64,000 nucleotides of DNA from Candidatus Shapirobacteria bacterium. GTDB lineage: Bacteria; Patescibacteriota; Microgenomatia; UBA12405. How positions within the stretch are numbered: the first letter of the stretch is position 1; each line of letters begins with the position of its first letter. A model generated the notes under the pieces. That model saw only the letters and a program-made list of their open reading frames with translations. It was not told the origin of the DNA and searched no databases. Made by a program: the position numbers and the translations under genes. The DNA is taken from positions 206,082-270,081 of the forward strand of contig JBAZYN010000002.1 of NCBI GenBank assembly GCA_041659325.1, in the 5' to 3' direction. Positions 46,901 to 54,680 of the stretch are shown here, one piece after another.

Positions 46901-49900
46901 GATGGATACACTGCAACAGACGAATTCGGGAGCGGCAATGGTGTATGACGAGGGAAATTATATTTATGCACTGAAGGGGAACGGAGACGATACTTTTATG
47001 AGATATGATGCTTCAATTGATAACTGGGAAGTGATGGCAAACAACGTTGTTTTTGGAGCACCAGAAAATCAGGCCGATAATTTAGTGAACTTAGGAGGGG
47101 ACTTGGCTTATGACGTGGGGACTAGCAGGGTTTATGCGATTCAGGGAAATTTAAGAACGGGGTTTGCTGTTTATGATGTCAATGCGGATTCGTGGTCTCA
47201 GCTACCAAATTTGCCGGCATTATCTTATTATGGGGCGAGGATCGAGTATGACTCGGGGACCGGGGCAGTGTTTTATATCCCCGGATGGGATAAACCATTT
47301 TTGTATAAGTATGATGTGGGGGAACAGGTTTGGACAAAGATATCAGACGCGCCGGCGGGGTTGGGATATGGGGCTAATTTGAGAAAGGTAGGAGGGTATC
47401 TTTATGTGACCCGAGGGGCATCGACAACGACGATATACAAGTATAATATTGCCAAAAATTCCTGGGTAGTGCCGAGTTGGAATCTATTTGGGGGTTGGTG
47501 GAGGGGGTCGGATAGCCGGACTTTTGCTGATGGGGCTGACATAATTCGGGGGGATGGAAACAATATGTATATTTTCAGGGGAAATTATGACAATTTGTTT
47601 GTAAAATATAATGCGACCACGGGTGAGGTGACAAAATTGACGGATGTTCCAGCCGGGATATTTAGGGGGTCAGAATTGGTGTATGATAGCGTAAATAATA
47701 AAATTTATGCCTCAACCAGTATCTATGATAAAAAGTTTATGGTTTATGACATAGCGACTGATGAGTGGTCTCAGGTGGTGGGAAGCGGGGGAACAATGCC
47801 CACCGATGCCGGGGAGGGATCATCTCTGGTGTTTGACGGGAGTGAATATATTTATCGGTTGAGGGGTGGCAATACGCAGACATTTCACAAATTTAGCGTG
47901 AATACCGGCTTGTGGTCGACACTGCCTAATACGCCGAGGGCGATGCAGTATGGGTCGGATTTGGAGATATACAACAGTAATTATTATGCTACCCGAGGAG
48001 CCGGAACGACTGAATTTTTTATGTTTAATCCAACTTTGGGGGTGTGGTCTTCGTCGCCGGCGATTGCCAGATTGCCGACGGGGATGACCTTTAATTATGA
48101 TGGGTTTTTGGTGAAAGGAGCGAGTGATAAAATGTATGGCTGTCGGGGAGGAAATACGGCTGATTGTTTTGTGTATTCGGTAATAAGTAATACCTGGACA
48201 TATATCGGGACAAGTATGCCGGCAAATTTAACCTACGGAGGAGCGGGGGCGATAAACCAAACCGGGGATAAAATGTATGTAATTGCCGGGGCGGGAACGA
48301 ATACCTATAGCAATGGACTCTATTCCTATGTGATTTCGACCGATAATTCATCGGTGGGTGAAAGCGGAACTTTTATATCGGGGGCTCATGATTTGGGAGA
48401 AGTGTTTAGGTATGCCAATTTAGAGGTGGGTTATAGTGCGGCGCCAAATACAACACTTATGGTATGGACGAGGACTTCTGACGATGGAGTAGGGTGGGGC
48501 AGTTGGGTGCAGGCATCATCGGAAAAACAGATTGGGAGTGATTTTTATTATCGAATTGGATCGACGGCGAAGCGGTATATTCAGGTTCGGTTTGATTTGG
48601 CCTCGGGAGACAAGATGTATTCGGGAACAATATATGACTATAAAATTAATTATTATCAGGATTCGGCCCCGCCAACCAATCCGACAATAATATCGGCTTT
48701 TGATAACGGCGGAATGGGGTCAACTTTGGTGTCGGGGACTTTTTATGCTACAACCGCCCCTTATTTTGATTGGCCGGGGGTGGGAGAAACCGGAGCGGCG
48801 GGTGATGGTAACGGTGGGTCTGGAGTAAATGGGTACTATGTTTATTTTGGCTTGGGAGAGACGGCTAATCCGGTATCCGGAGCCGGAACAACTTATACAA
48901 TAGCAACAGCGCATACCGGAACAGGAATGACAACGGGCAACCTGTATTATTTAAGACTTAAAGCAAAAGATGAGGCGGGGAATGTGGCCAGTGAGGTGGG
49001 GACGACATTTGTGTTTGGTTATGATGGGTCACCACCAACTAATCCGACAACGATTACAGCCGATCCACCGGGATACACGGCAACAAATAGTTTTGCTTTT
49101 TCTTGGAGTGGGGCCGGTGATACCGGGGCGGGGGTAGAAGGATATTATTATAAAACCGGTTCGGTAGGGGCGACAGAAGTCTTTACCACTGACTCAAATG
49201 TGGCGGGGATAGCAGCTTACCAAACAGGGACAAATACTTTTTATGTGAGGACAAAGGACTTGGCAGGAAATGTGTCGGAATATACCACTTCGTCATATTA
49301 TTGGAGCTCGACGGCGCCGGGAGCGCCGAGGGATTTAAGACTGACTTATCCTGATGTGGGGACAAGTAATACGGTTAATGAGTTTGCATTTGCCTGGTCG
49401 AGCCCGGATCCGGAAACGTATTTTGGGCAATTAAGCGGGCTGCGGTATTATTATTCGTTTAATGAAACGCCATCGGTAAGCAATGTTAATGAGGTTGGAT
49501 TAGCGGTGACTTATCTGTCGAAAGGGGCATATGCAACGCGTAGAGATACAAACACTTTATACGTGGTGGCGATGGATGAAGCAGGAAATATTGACTATAG
49601 AAATCGTGCCTCAATAGATTTTGAGGCATCAACTTCAGCACCGGGGACACCGGGAGATATTGATATTTCTGATGTGTCAATAAAAGAAAGCAGTGCCTGG
49701 AGATTGGCGCTGACTTGGGATACGCCGGTGGCAACCGGGTCGGGGGTATCAATGTATAAGGTTTATAGATCGACAACGACAGGAGCAGTTTGTACCAGTG
49801 ATTTTTCAGACTTTGAATATGCGTCGTCAACAACAGGGGTATCTTATGTGGATATCGGCCTAACTCAGGTGAAATATTATTATTGTGTGAAAGCCTGTGA

Positions 49901-51197
49901 TTCGACCAATGAATGTAGTGCCCCGTCCGGGACAGTGAGCTATAAGCCGGACGGAAAGTGGAAGGTAGCCCCGACAATGACGGCTAGCCCGTCGGCGACG
50001 ATTAAAACAAAGTCGGCAACAATAAGTTGGTCGACAAACAGAACCAGTAATTCGTTTGTAAAATACGGAAAGACATCGGGGACTTACGGGGAAGAAGTGG
50101 GATCGTCTGACCAGGTATCGTTGCACGAAATTACTTTAACCGGATTGGACCCGGGAACGACGTATTATTATATTACTCAATGGACTGACGAGGATGGGAA
50201 TACCGGATCTTCGGCCGAGCTGAACCTGACGACTAATGCGGCACCATTTGTGTCGGCAGTAAAAGTGGTAGATACCGGATTGTACTCGGTCTATGTGGAG
50301 TTTAATTTAAGCAATGCAACAACGGCGACGGTGCAGTACGGGAAAACAATAAGTTACGGAGGGGTGCAAACGGTAACAACATCCCGGGAGGCGAGTAGTT
50401 ATACGGTAAAAATAGAGGGATTAGACGAGGGAACGGAATATCATTTGCGGATTGCCGCCAATGACGAGGAGGGTAATACTTTTGCTAGCGATGACTATAC
50501 CTTTGAAACATTGCCGGTACCAAAGATTAGCGGGGTAAAAATTCAGCAGGTCAAGGGTATGCCGACGGCGACGGTGCGGTTTTTATGGAAGACGAATACC
50601 GGAGTCAGTTCAATTATTACCTATTATCCTGAAGGAAGGGCGGAAATGGCCCGGGATCAAATATCGTTGCCTTTGACGTTAAATCATGAAATGATGATAA
50701 AAGATTTGTTGGATGATACGCCATATGTGTTTGTAATAAAGGGGAAAGATGTGATAGGAAACAGCGCTGAGCCCAGTCCTCAGAAATTTACAACATCGAC
50801 TGATTTGAGGCCGCCATCTATTTCTAACTTAAGACTAGAGGCTTCGGTGGCCGGGGTAGGCGAAGAGGCGAAAGCGCAAATTACTTTATACTGGGATACC
50901 GATGAGCCGTCGACGGCTCAGGTGGAGTACGGAGCCGGGACCGGATCTGATTATCCGAGTAAAACTCAGAAAGATGTGATTATGGTAATGAACCACACAG
51001 TAACAGTGACGGATTTGGCGCCGGGGCAGGTATACCACTTGCGGGTTTTGGCAGAGGATAGGGTGCAAAATTTGACAATGTCCTATGATAACGTGGTGAT
51101 TACACCAAAGGCGACCAGATCAGCCCTGGATTTGGTGGTAGAAAATTTGTCAAAGAGTTTTGGATTCTTTAATAATTTGTCGCAAGTAGCTAAATAA
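43965..51197 (+). CDS. giant (2410 aa) membrane-anchored surface protein with many Kelch-type beta-propeller blades and C-terminal FN3/PKD-like domains
   Basis: N-terminal TM. Dozens of repeats of the form YxxxG..x(F/Y)xxYDxxxxxW (e.g. DKVYVFRGNGTPDFWKYD). FN3-like segments (SATISWSTNRTSNSFVKYGKTSGTYGEE...HEITLTGLDPGTTYYY). The N-terminus KFINYELRITNYEF is encoded by the ATTACGA repeat. Confidence 0.7.
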   Translation: MKFINYELRITNYEFKKIVIVLVLWAVGLGVGLIGGNYWWNNRNEVSAADRVLTTTADFDGGRYMNMEADSKQGQLKLKADGSWGPRVFTVPNVNLGNESPIASDGNYIYVIASADNYFARYIPAEDKWETLASAPHYAYPGSDMVVLGDYVYAVFGGYQREFSRYSIVNDTWEEMAMLLDITYGGTSLSTDGNEIYCLRGHNTNDFWKYDVQADRWTPIGSTPLTIRYGADLSYSSETNKMYTPRGNSSNVFYIYDLGTSIWSIGPTLPETMTEDSNSDIGGTVIYVPRGIGTSTFWAFNVGTTQWSILTGTPQITRYVGAVYNAAEDKVYVFRGNGTPDFWKYDPGANSFPGPTDLPAAPGTGSDLIYSDGYWYYNRGGTTAMYRYNGAVGATWQTMAVGSSVFSSDTKGVAVNGLLYYLQGGGARNFFSFSPSVGVGGSWGTLATIPAAIAPNYGAGLAYPGSGDYIYATRGVGTRTFMRYDMPGNVWSDVGVTDLPDDAEAGYGSRIIGVGTTELFYIAGNGVAKFLKYNITSDAWTVLGNLPFSPYYGTDMTYYGGKMYFQAGYYKRDIWEYTLATGEWRRLADISGYNASDSGPYNGGSLESDGAGNLYSINGANVLWIRSYSIGSSRYPGGGSWNSGTIDLEYAAGWSGINVGKTTPGDSSVSVYTRSSSNQTSWSPWQEAVGMGISSPINRYLQIGVSMHSSSGGSETPIINDITVSYIGDTGVPTNPTSISGLSQQVAGVGLTSGQSYSYNQPYFDWSGGGDTETSVAGYYVYFGTGTTATVDPAISGSYQTDSSYLVTMPMQTGTYSLLIKTKDLGGNVSNTWQAFVYVYNGVSPFISFAQASTPEFSIGTTAGVDISNNRIRLMGTSGFWEQERLSLLQANVTVGNGGDVAVMGNKLYIMRGNGGKEFSIYDLSTDVVSVGPTMPATVAAGGALVEGPPGYLYAMRGGGTSTFWRYDIGASLWSDALAMDTLQQTNSGAAMVYDEGNYIYALKGNGDDTFMRYDASIDNWEVMANNVVFGAPENQADNLVNLGGDLAYDVGTSRVYAIQGNLRTGFAVYDVNADSWSQLPNLPALSYYGARIEYDSGTGAVFYIPGWDKPFLYKYDVGEQVWTKISDAPAGLGYGANLRKVGGYLYVTRGASTTTIYKYNIAKNSWVVPSWNLFGGWWRGSDSRTFADGADIIRGDGNNMYIFRGNYDNLFVKYNATTGEVTKLTDVPAGIFRGSELVYDSVNNKIYASTSIYDKKFMVYDIATDEWSQVVGSGGTMPTDAGEGSSLVFDGSEYIYRLRGGNTQTFHKFSVNTGLWSTLPNTPRAMQYGSDLEIYNSNYYATRGAGTTEFFMFNPTLGVWSSSPAIARLPTGMTFNYDGFLVKGASDKMYGCRGGNTADCFVYSVISNTWTYIGTSMPANLTYGGAGAINQTGDKMYVIAGAGTNTYSNGLYSYVISTDNSSVGESGTFISGAHDLGEVFRYANLEVGYSAAPNTTLMVWTRTSDDGVGWGSWVQASSEKQIGSDFYYRIGSTAKRYIQVRFDLASGDKMYSGTIYDYKINYYQDSAPPTNPTIISAFDNGGMGSTLVSGTFYATTAPYFDWPGVGETGAAGDGNGGSGVNGYYVYFGLGETANPVSGAGTTYTIATAHTGTGMTTGNLYYLRLKAKDEAGNVASEVGTTFVFGYDGSPPTNPTTITADPPGYTATNSFAFSWSGAGDTGAGVEGYYYKTGSVGATEVFTTDSNVAGIAAYQTGTNTFYVRTKDLAGNVSEYTTSSYYWSSTAPGAPRDLRLTYPDVGTSNTVNEFAFAWSSPDPETYFGQLSGLRYYYSFNETPSVSNVNEVGLAVTYLSKGAYATRRDTNTLYVVAMDEAGNIDYRNRASIDFEASTSAPGTPGDIDISDVSIKESSAWRLALTWDTPVATGSGVSMYKVYRSTTTGAVCTSDFSDFEYASSTTGVSYVDIGLTQVKYYYCVKACDSTNECSAPSGTVSYKPDGKWKVAPTMTASPSATIKTKSATISWSTNRTSNSFVKYGKTSGTYGEEVGSSDQVSLHEITLTGLDPGTTYYYITQWTDEDGNTGSSAELNLTTNAAPFVSAVKVVDTGLYSVYVEFNLSNATTATVQYGKTISYGGVQTVTTSREASSYTVKIEGLDEGTEYHLRIAANDEEGNTFASDDYTFETLPVPKISGVKIQQVKGMPTATVRFLWKTNTGVSSIITYYPEGRAEMARDQISLPLTLNHEMMIKDLLDDTPYVFVIKGKDVIGNSAEPSPQKFTTSTDLRPPSISNLRLEASVAGVGEEAKAQITLYWDTDEPSTAQVEYGAGTGSDYPSKTQKDVIMVMNHTVTVTDLAPGQVYHLRVLAEDRVQNLTMSYDNVVITPKATRSALDLVVENLSKSFGFFNNLSQVAK
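43977..44009. repeat. ATTACGA heptad repeat encoding the N-terminus of the 2410-aa protein
   Basis: caattacgaattacgaattactaattacgaatt. Confidence 0.85.
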
Positions 51198-51232
51198 TTA
51201 ATTACGAATTATGAATTACGAATTACGAATTA
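51198..51232. repeat. ATTACGA heptad repeat at giant-gene stop / ABC-gene upstream
   Basis: taattaattacgaattatgaattacgaattacgaatt. Confidence 0.85.
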
Positions 51233-51242
51233 AAAACTAAAA

Positions 51243-52064
51243 ATGTATCAGCGAACAGGACAAGGAGAGGCAATACTGAAGGTAGAAGAGGTGAAAAAGA
51301 ATTTCTACATCGGGGGACAGGATTTGCCGGTGCTAAAGGGGATAACCTTACAGGTTAACCGGGGGGATTTTGCAATAATTTTCGGGCCGTCAGGGTGTGG
51401 GAAATCAACCTTGTTACACGCTATTTTGGGGATGGAACCGCCAACCTCGGGCAAAGTATGGATTGACGGAGTGAATTTGTACAATATGGACGAAGACGAG
51501 ATTGTCCGACATAGAAAAGAGAGAATCGGGATTGTTTTTCAGCAATCGATTTGGATAAAGTCACTAACCGTGTTGGAAAATGTAAGTTTCCCAAACAGGC
51601 TTAAAGGGATGAGCAAGGAGGAGGCGGAATCGTTGGCCTTGGAGACTCTAAAGTCAGTGACACTGGATAATTGGGCTCATCACCACCCTTCGGAACTGTC
51701 TTCGGGGCAGCAGCAAAGGGTGAGTTTGGCCAGGGCGTTGACGATTGATCCTTTGGTGATTGTGGCGGATGAACCGACGGGGAATTTGGATACGGTTTCG
51801 GGAGATGAGTTAATGGAATTGGTATCGGAGCTAAATACAAAAAGAGGGAAAACGGTGCTAATGGTGACTCACGACTTGGAATATTTGAGATACGCAAATA
51901 AGCTGTTTCATATAATTGATGGGGAACTAGTAGAAGAAGTGGACGGGAAGGGGGCGATGGAATTGGCACAAAAGTTGAAAAGTAAAAAAGGTCTGCGAAC
52001 GAGAACGACGGTTCGCGATAAGAATTTTTTAGTCAGTAATAAAGAAAAATATGTGGCAAAATAG
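51243..52064 (+). CDS. ABC transporter ATP-binding protein (MacB/LolD/FtsE-like)
   Basis: Walker A GPSGCGKST. Signature LSSGQQQRVSLARAL. Walker B IVADEPTGNLD. H-loop VTHD. Confidence 0.85.
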   Translation: MYQRTGQGEAILKVEEVKKNFYIGGQDLPVLKGITLQVNRGDFAIIFGPSGCGKSTLLHAILGMEPPTSGKVWIDGVNLYNMDEDEIVRHRKERIGIVFQQSIWIKSLTVLENVSFPNRLKGMSKEEAESLALETLKSVTLDNWAHHHPSELSSGQQQRVSLARALTIDPLVIVADEPTGNLDTVSGDELMELVSELNTKRGKTVLMVTHDLEYLRYANKLFHIIDGELVEEVDGKGAMELAQKLKSKKGLRTRTTVRDKNFLVSNKEKYVAK

Positions 52065-54180
52065 ATTGATAAAAATTAAGGAAAAATTTTTAACAACAGG
52101 GGTGTTTTTGTGGTCCAATGTGGTGTTTATTGCCATACTTTATGTCTATGTAACCAGGGCGCTAATTATCCGCTTGTTAAGGCTAAGGGTATTAGGTTTT
52201 GTGCCCAGATTGATACACTTAGAGATATTGGTAAAAATACTTGATAAGGTAACCAAGTCGATTGATTTTGACGTAAAAAACCAAGTTTCCCGGGGCTATT
52301 TGGTAGAACTGGCTTTTAGGAACATGAAATCGAAAAAGAATCGGACGGTGGTGACAATCGGAGGAGTGGCCCTGGGGGTGGGAGCAATCGTGTTTTTGGT
52401 GTCGATGGGGTATGGGCTGGAGCGGATGGTGATTTCCAAGGTGGCCAGGTTGGATGAACTAAAAATGGCAGACGTATCGTCGGGAAAGGCGGCATCGCTG
52501 ACGATGAATGATGAAATAATTAAAAGAATAAAGGGTCTCGACGGAGTGGCGGAAGTTATTCCGATGGTGTCGATGGTGTCGAAGGTGAGATACAACAATT
52601 CTGTTTTGGATGTAATGACGTATGGGGTTGACGAAAGATATCTAAAAGCAGTCAATGCCAAATTTTTAAACGGGGAGCCGTTTAAGAATAAAAATGGAGA
52701 CATAATGTCGATGGTCCCAATTGAATATTCGGGTGAGGGGGAGGTGGCGGGGATAGAACAGGAAGTGGTTTGGGTGCAAAAAGGGGAAAAGGTGGAAGAC
52801 GGGGTAATCAGATTTAATGTGGCAGAGGGGAAGAAAGTTTTGGTGTATGAAGATTGTGACACGGATTCGACGGCTGCCGGTGAGGTAATTAGAAGTGAGG
52901 GTGGGTATATCGGGGAAGAAGTGTGGGGCGAGGTCTATGGTGAGGCCGATTCAGCCGTGGTGGGCAAAGATGTCTATCAGGAAGTAACTTATTCTAAGTG
53001 GGTCAGGACAAAGGCGCCTCTCTGGAAGGTGGATGATAAGGGAGTGGCGATTCCGTATCTGGATGGAGTGGGGAAGCAAAAATGGACAATCGGCTGTATT
53101 AAATCAGAGGATCTAATCATTGAGGCGCAGAGCATGGAAGAGTTTAATGCGGATAATCTGGACGAGTATATCTTTGGGTTGGAAAACAAGATTTTGGGAG
53201 AGACAATTTCTTCTGCCTCGGCTAGCCGGACGGCTTCGACCTCGGCGGAGTTGGTAGCGGTAGAGGCCAGTTCGAGTGCGGTCCTATTTGAGACGATAGT
53301 GGCCACAGATTCGGCCGGGGTAGAATGGGTGGAATTAAGAAAGATTGGAGAGGACAAAAATAAGCTGATGGAAATTGAGTACACGACGGAACCGGTGGCA
53401 GAGGCTTATGTGACCACCGGTTTGCTAAAGATGTTGGGTTTGGCCTCCAGTGAAGCGGCGGGGAAAAAGTTTATGGTTTCATATATTATCCCCGACGGAC
53501 TAGTAGAGGGGAAAAGTGGCAGGATGCAATCGGTCGAGAGGGAGTACAAGATTATGGGAGTGGTGGAGGATGATGGCAATAACTTTTATTATTTTCATTT
53601 GACAGATACAAAAAGTTTAGGGGCTAAAAGTTATTCACAGCTCAAAGTGACGGTGGTTGATAAAGCTAAGTTGGCTGAAGTCAGAAAAGCGATTGAGACG
53701 ATTGGTTTTAAAACAACTAGCACGGTAGATACGGTGGCGGGGATTGAGCGGATTTTTGGAACTTTGAGATTGATTTTGGGGCTGTTGGGAACAATTGCTT
53801 TGGCGGTGGCCTCGTTGGGGATGTTCAATACTATGACGGTGTCGCTTTTGGAGCGGACCAGGGAGGTGGGGGTAATGAAGTCAATGGGAATGTTGTCGAA
53901 AGAAGTGAGAGAATTATTTTTGGCCGAATCGATGATTATGGGAATGGGAGGAGGGACATTGGGGGTGCTGTTTGGATTTATGATGGGTTGGACTTTATCG
54001 ATAACATTGTCGGCGGTATCGGTGCTAAAGGGGCAGGGGGTGATAAATATTTCGTATGTGCCATGGTTTTTTGTAGCTTTTATTATGTTTATTTCTTTTA
54101 TGGTGGGGATGGTGACCGGGTGGTATCCCAGTAAACGGGCGAGAATGATTTCGGCTTTGAATGCGTTGAGGTATGAATAA
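52051..54180 (+). CDS. ABC transporter permease, MacB/FtsX-like with large extracytoplasmic domain
   Basis: N-terminal TM plus long periplasmic region. C-terminal FtsX 4-TM module (LGTIALAVASLGMFNTMTVSLLERTREVGVMKSMG...). Confidence 0.75.
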   Translation: MWQNRLIKIKEKFLTTGVFLWSNVVFIAILYVYVTRALIIRLLRLRVLGFVPRLIHLEILVKILDKVTKSIDFDVKNQVSRGYLVELAFRNMKSKKNRTVVTIGGVALGVGAIVFLVSMGYGLERMVISKVARLDELKMADVSSGKAASLTMNDEIIKRIKGLDGVAEVIPMVSMVSKVRYNNSVLDVMTYGVDERYLKAVNAKFLNGEPFKNKNGDIMSMVPIEYSGEGEVAGIEQEVVWVQKGEKVEDGVIRFNVAEGKKVLVYEDCDTDSTAAGEVIRSEGGYIGEEVWGEVYGEADSAVVGKDVYQEVTYSKWVRTKAPLWKVDDKGVAIPYLDGVGKQKWTIGCIKSEDLIIEAQSMEEFNADNLDEYIFGLENKILGETISSASASRTASTSAELVAVEASSSAVLFETIVATDSAGVEWVELRKIGEDKNKLMEIEYTTEPVAEAYVTTGLLKMLGLASSEAAGKKFMVSYIIPDGLVEGKSGRMQSVEREYKIMGVVEDDGNNFYYFHLTDTKSLGAKSYSQLKVTVVDKAKLAEVRKAIETIGFKTTSTVDTVAGIERIFGTLRLILGLLGTIALAVASLGMFNTMTVSLLERTREVGVMKSMGMLSKEVRELFLAESMIMGMGGGTLGVLFGFMMGWTLSITLSAVSVLKGQGVINISYVPWFFVAFIMFISFMVGMVTGWYPSKRARMISALNALRYE

Positions 54181-54186
54181 GAAAAA

Positions 54187-54250
54187 GAAAGTCTAAAAGT
54201 CTGAAAGTCTTAAAGTCGAAAGTTATAAAGTTCATAAAGTTTATAAAGAG
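54187..54250. repeat. GTCNAAA repeat (intergenic)
   Basis: gaaagtctaaaagtctgaaagtcttaaagtcgaaagttataaagttcataaagtttataaag. Confidence 0.8.
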
Positions 54251-54330
54251 GGGGAAAAAATAACGTCATTGCCACACTTCTTCCGGCAGAGGCGGACAAG
54301 CGCAATGGTGGGTAAACCGGCAGGCGGGTT

Positions 54331-54366
54331 TGTAATCAGTAATTGGTAATTTGTAATCTGCAATAA
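54331..54366. repeat. GTAATCW heptad repeat (intergenic)
   Basis: tgtaatcagtaattggtaatttgtaatctgcaat. Confidence 0.75.
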
Positions 54367-54385
54367 ACAGAAGATATAATTAGGT

Positions 54386-54658
54386 ATGCCAATAATCAGG
54401 GGAGTAGAACACGGGGAGCTGATTGGGGAGAATGGTGAAAAAATTGAACTGCCGGTTTCTCCCAGGAAAGTGCCTAAACCAAAACGAAAAATTCTAGTGG
54501 CACCACAATCGGACGAGTTGAGAGAAGCAGGATGCAGAAGGGAGGAATTTAACGAGATAGCGGAGGGTACAACCGATACGCAGGTGGTGGCAGTAGAATT
54601 ACCGATTAGAAGGAAAACAAGTCGGTCTAGAAGGAAAAGAGCCGCACCCGAGGAATAG
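54386..54658 (+). CDS. small Arg/Lys-rich hypothetical protein
   Basis: 90-aa ORF, basic C-terminus (RRKTSRSRRKRAAPEE). No recognisable domain. Confidence 0.25.
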   Translation: MPIIRGVEHGELIGENGEKIELPVSPRKVPKPKRKILVAPQSDELREAGCRREEFNEIAEGTTDTQVVAVELPIRRKTSRSRRKRAAPEE

Positions 54659-54680
54659 CCTGATTGTGCTAGAATAAGCC

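Noticed and set aside
44305-51068. Small ORFs on both strands inside the 2410-aa Kelch protein gene
   Set aside because: Embedded in a continuous ORF with consistent Kelch/FN3 repeat structure.
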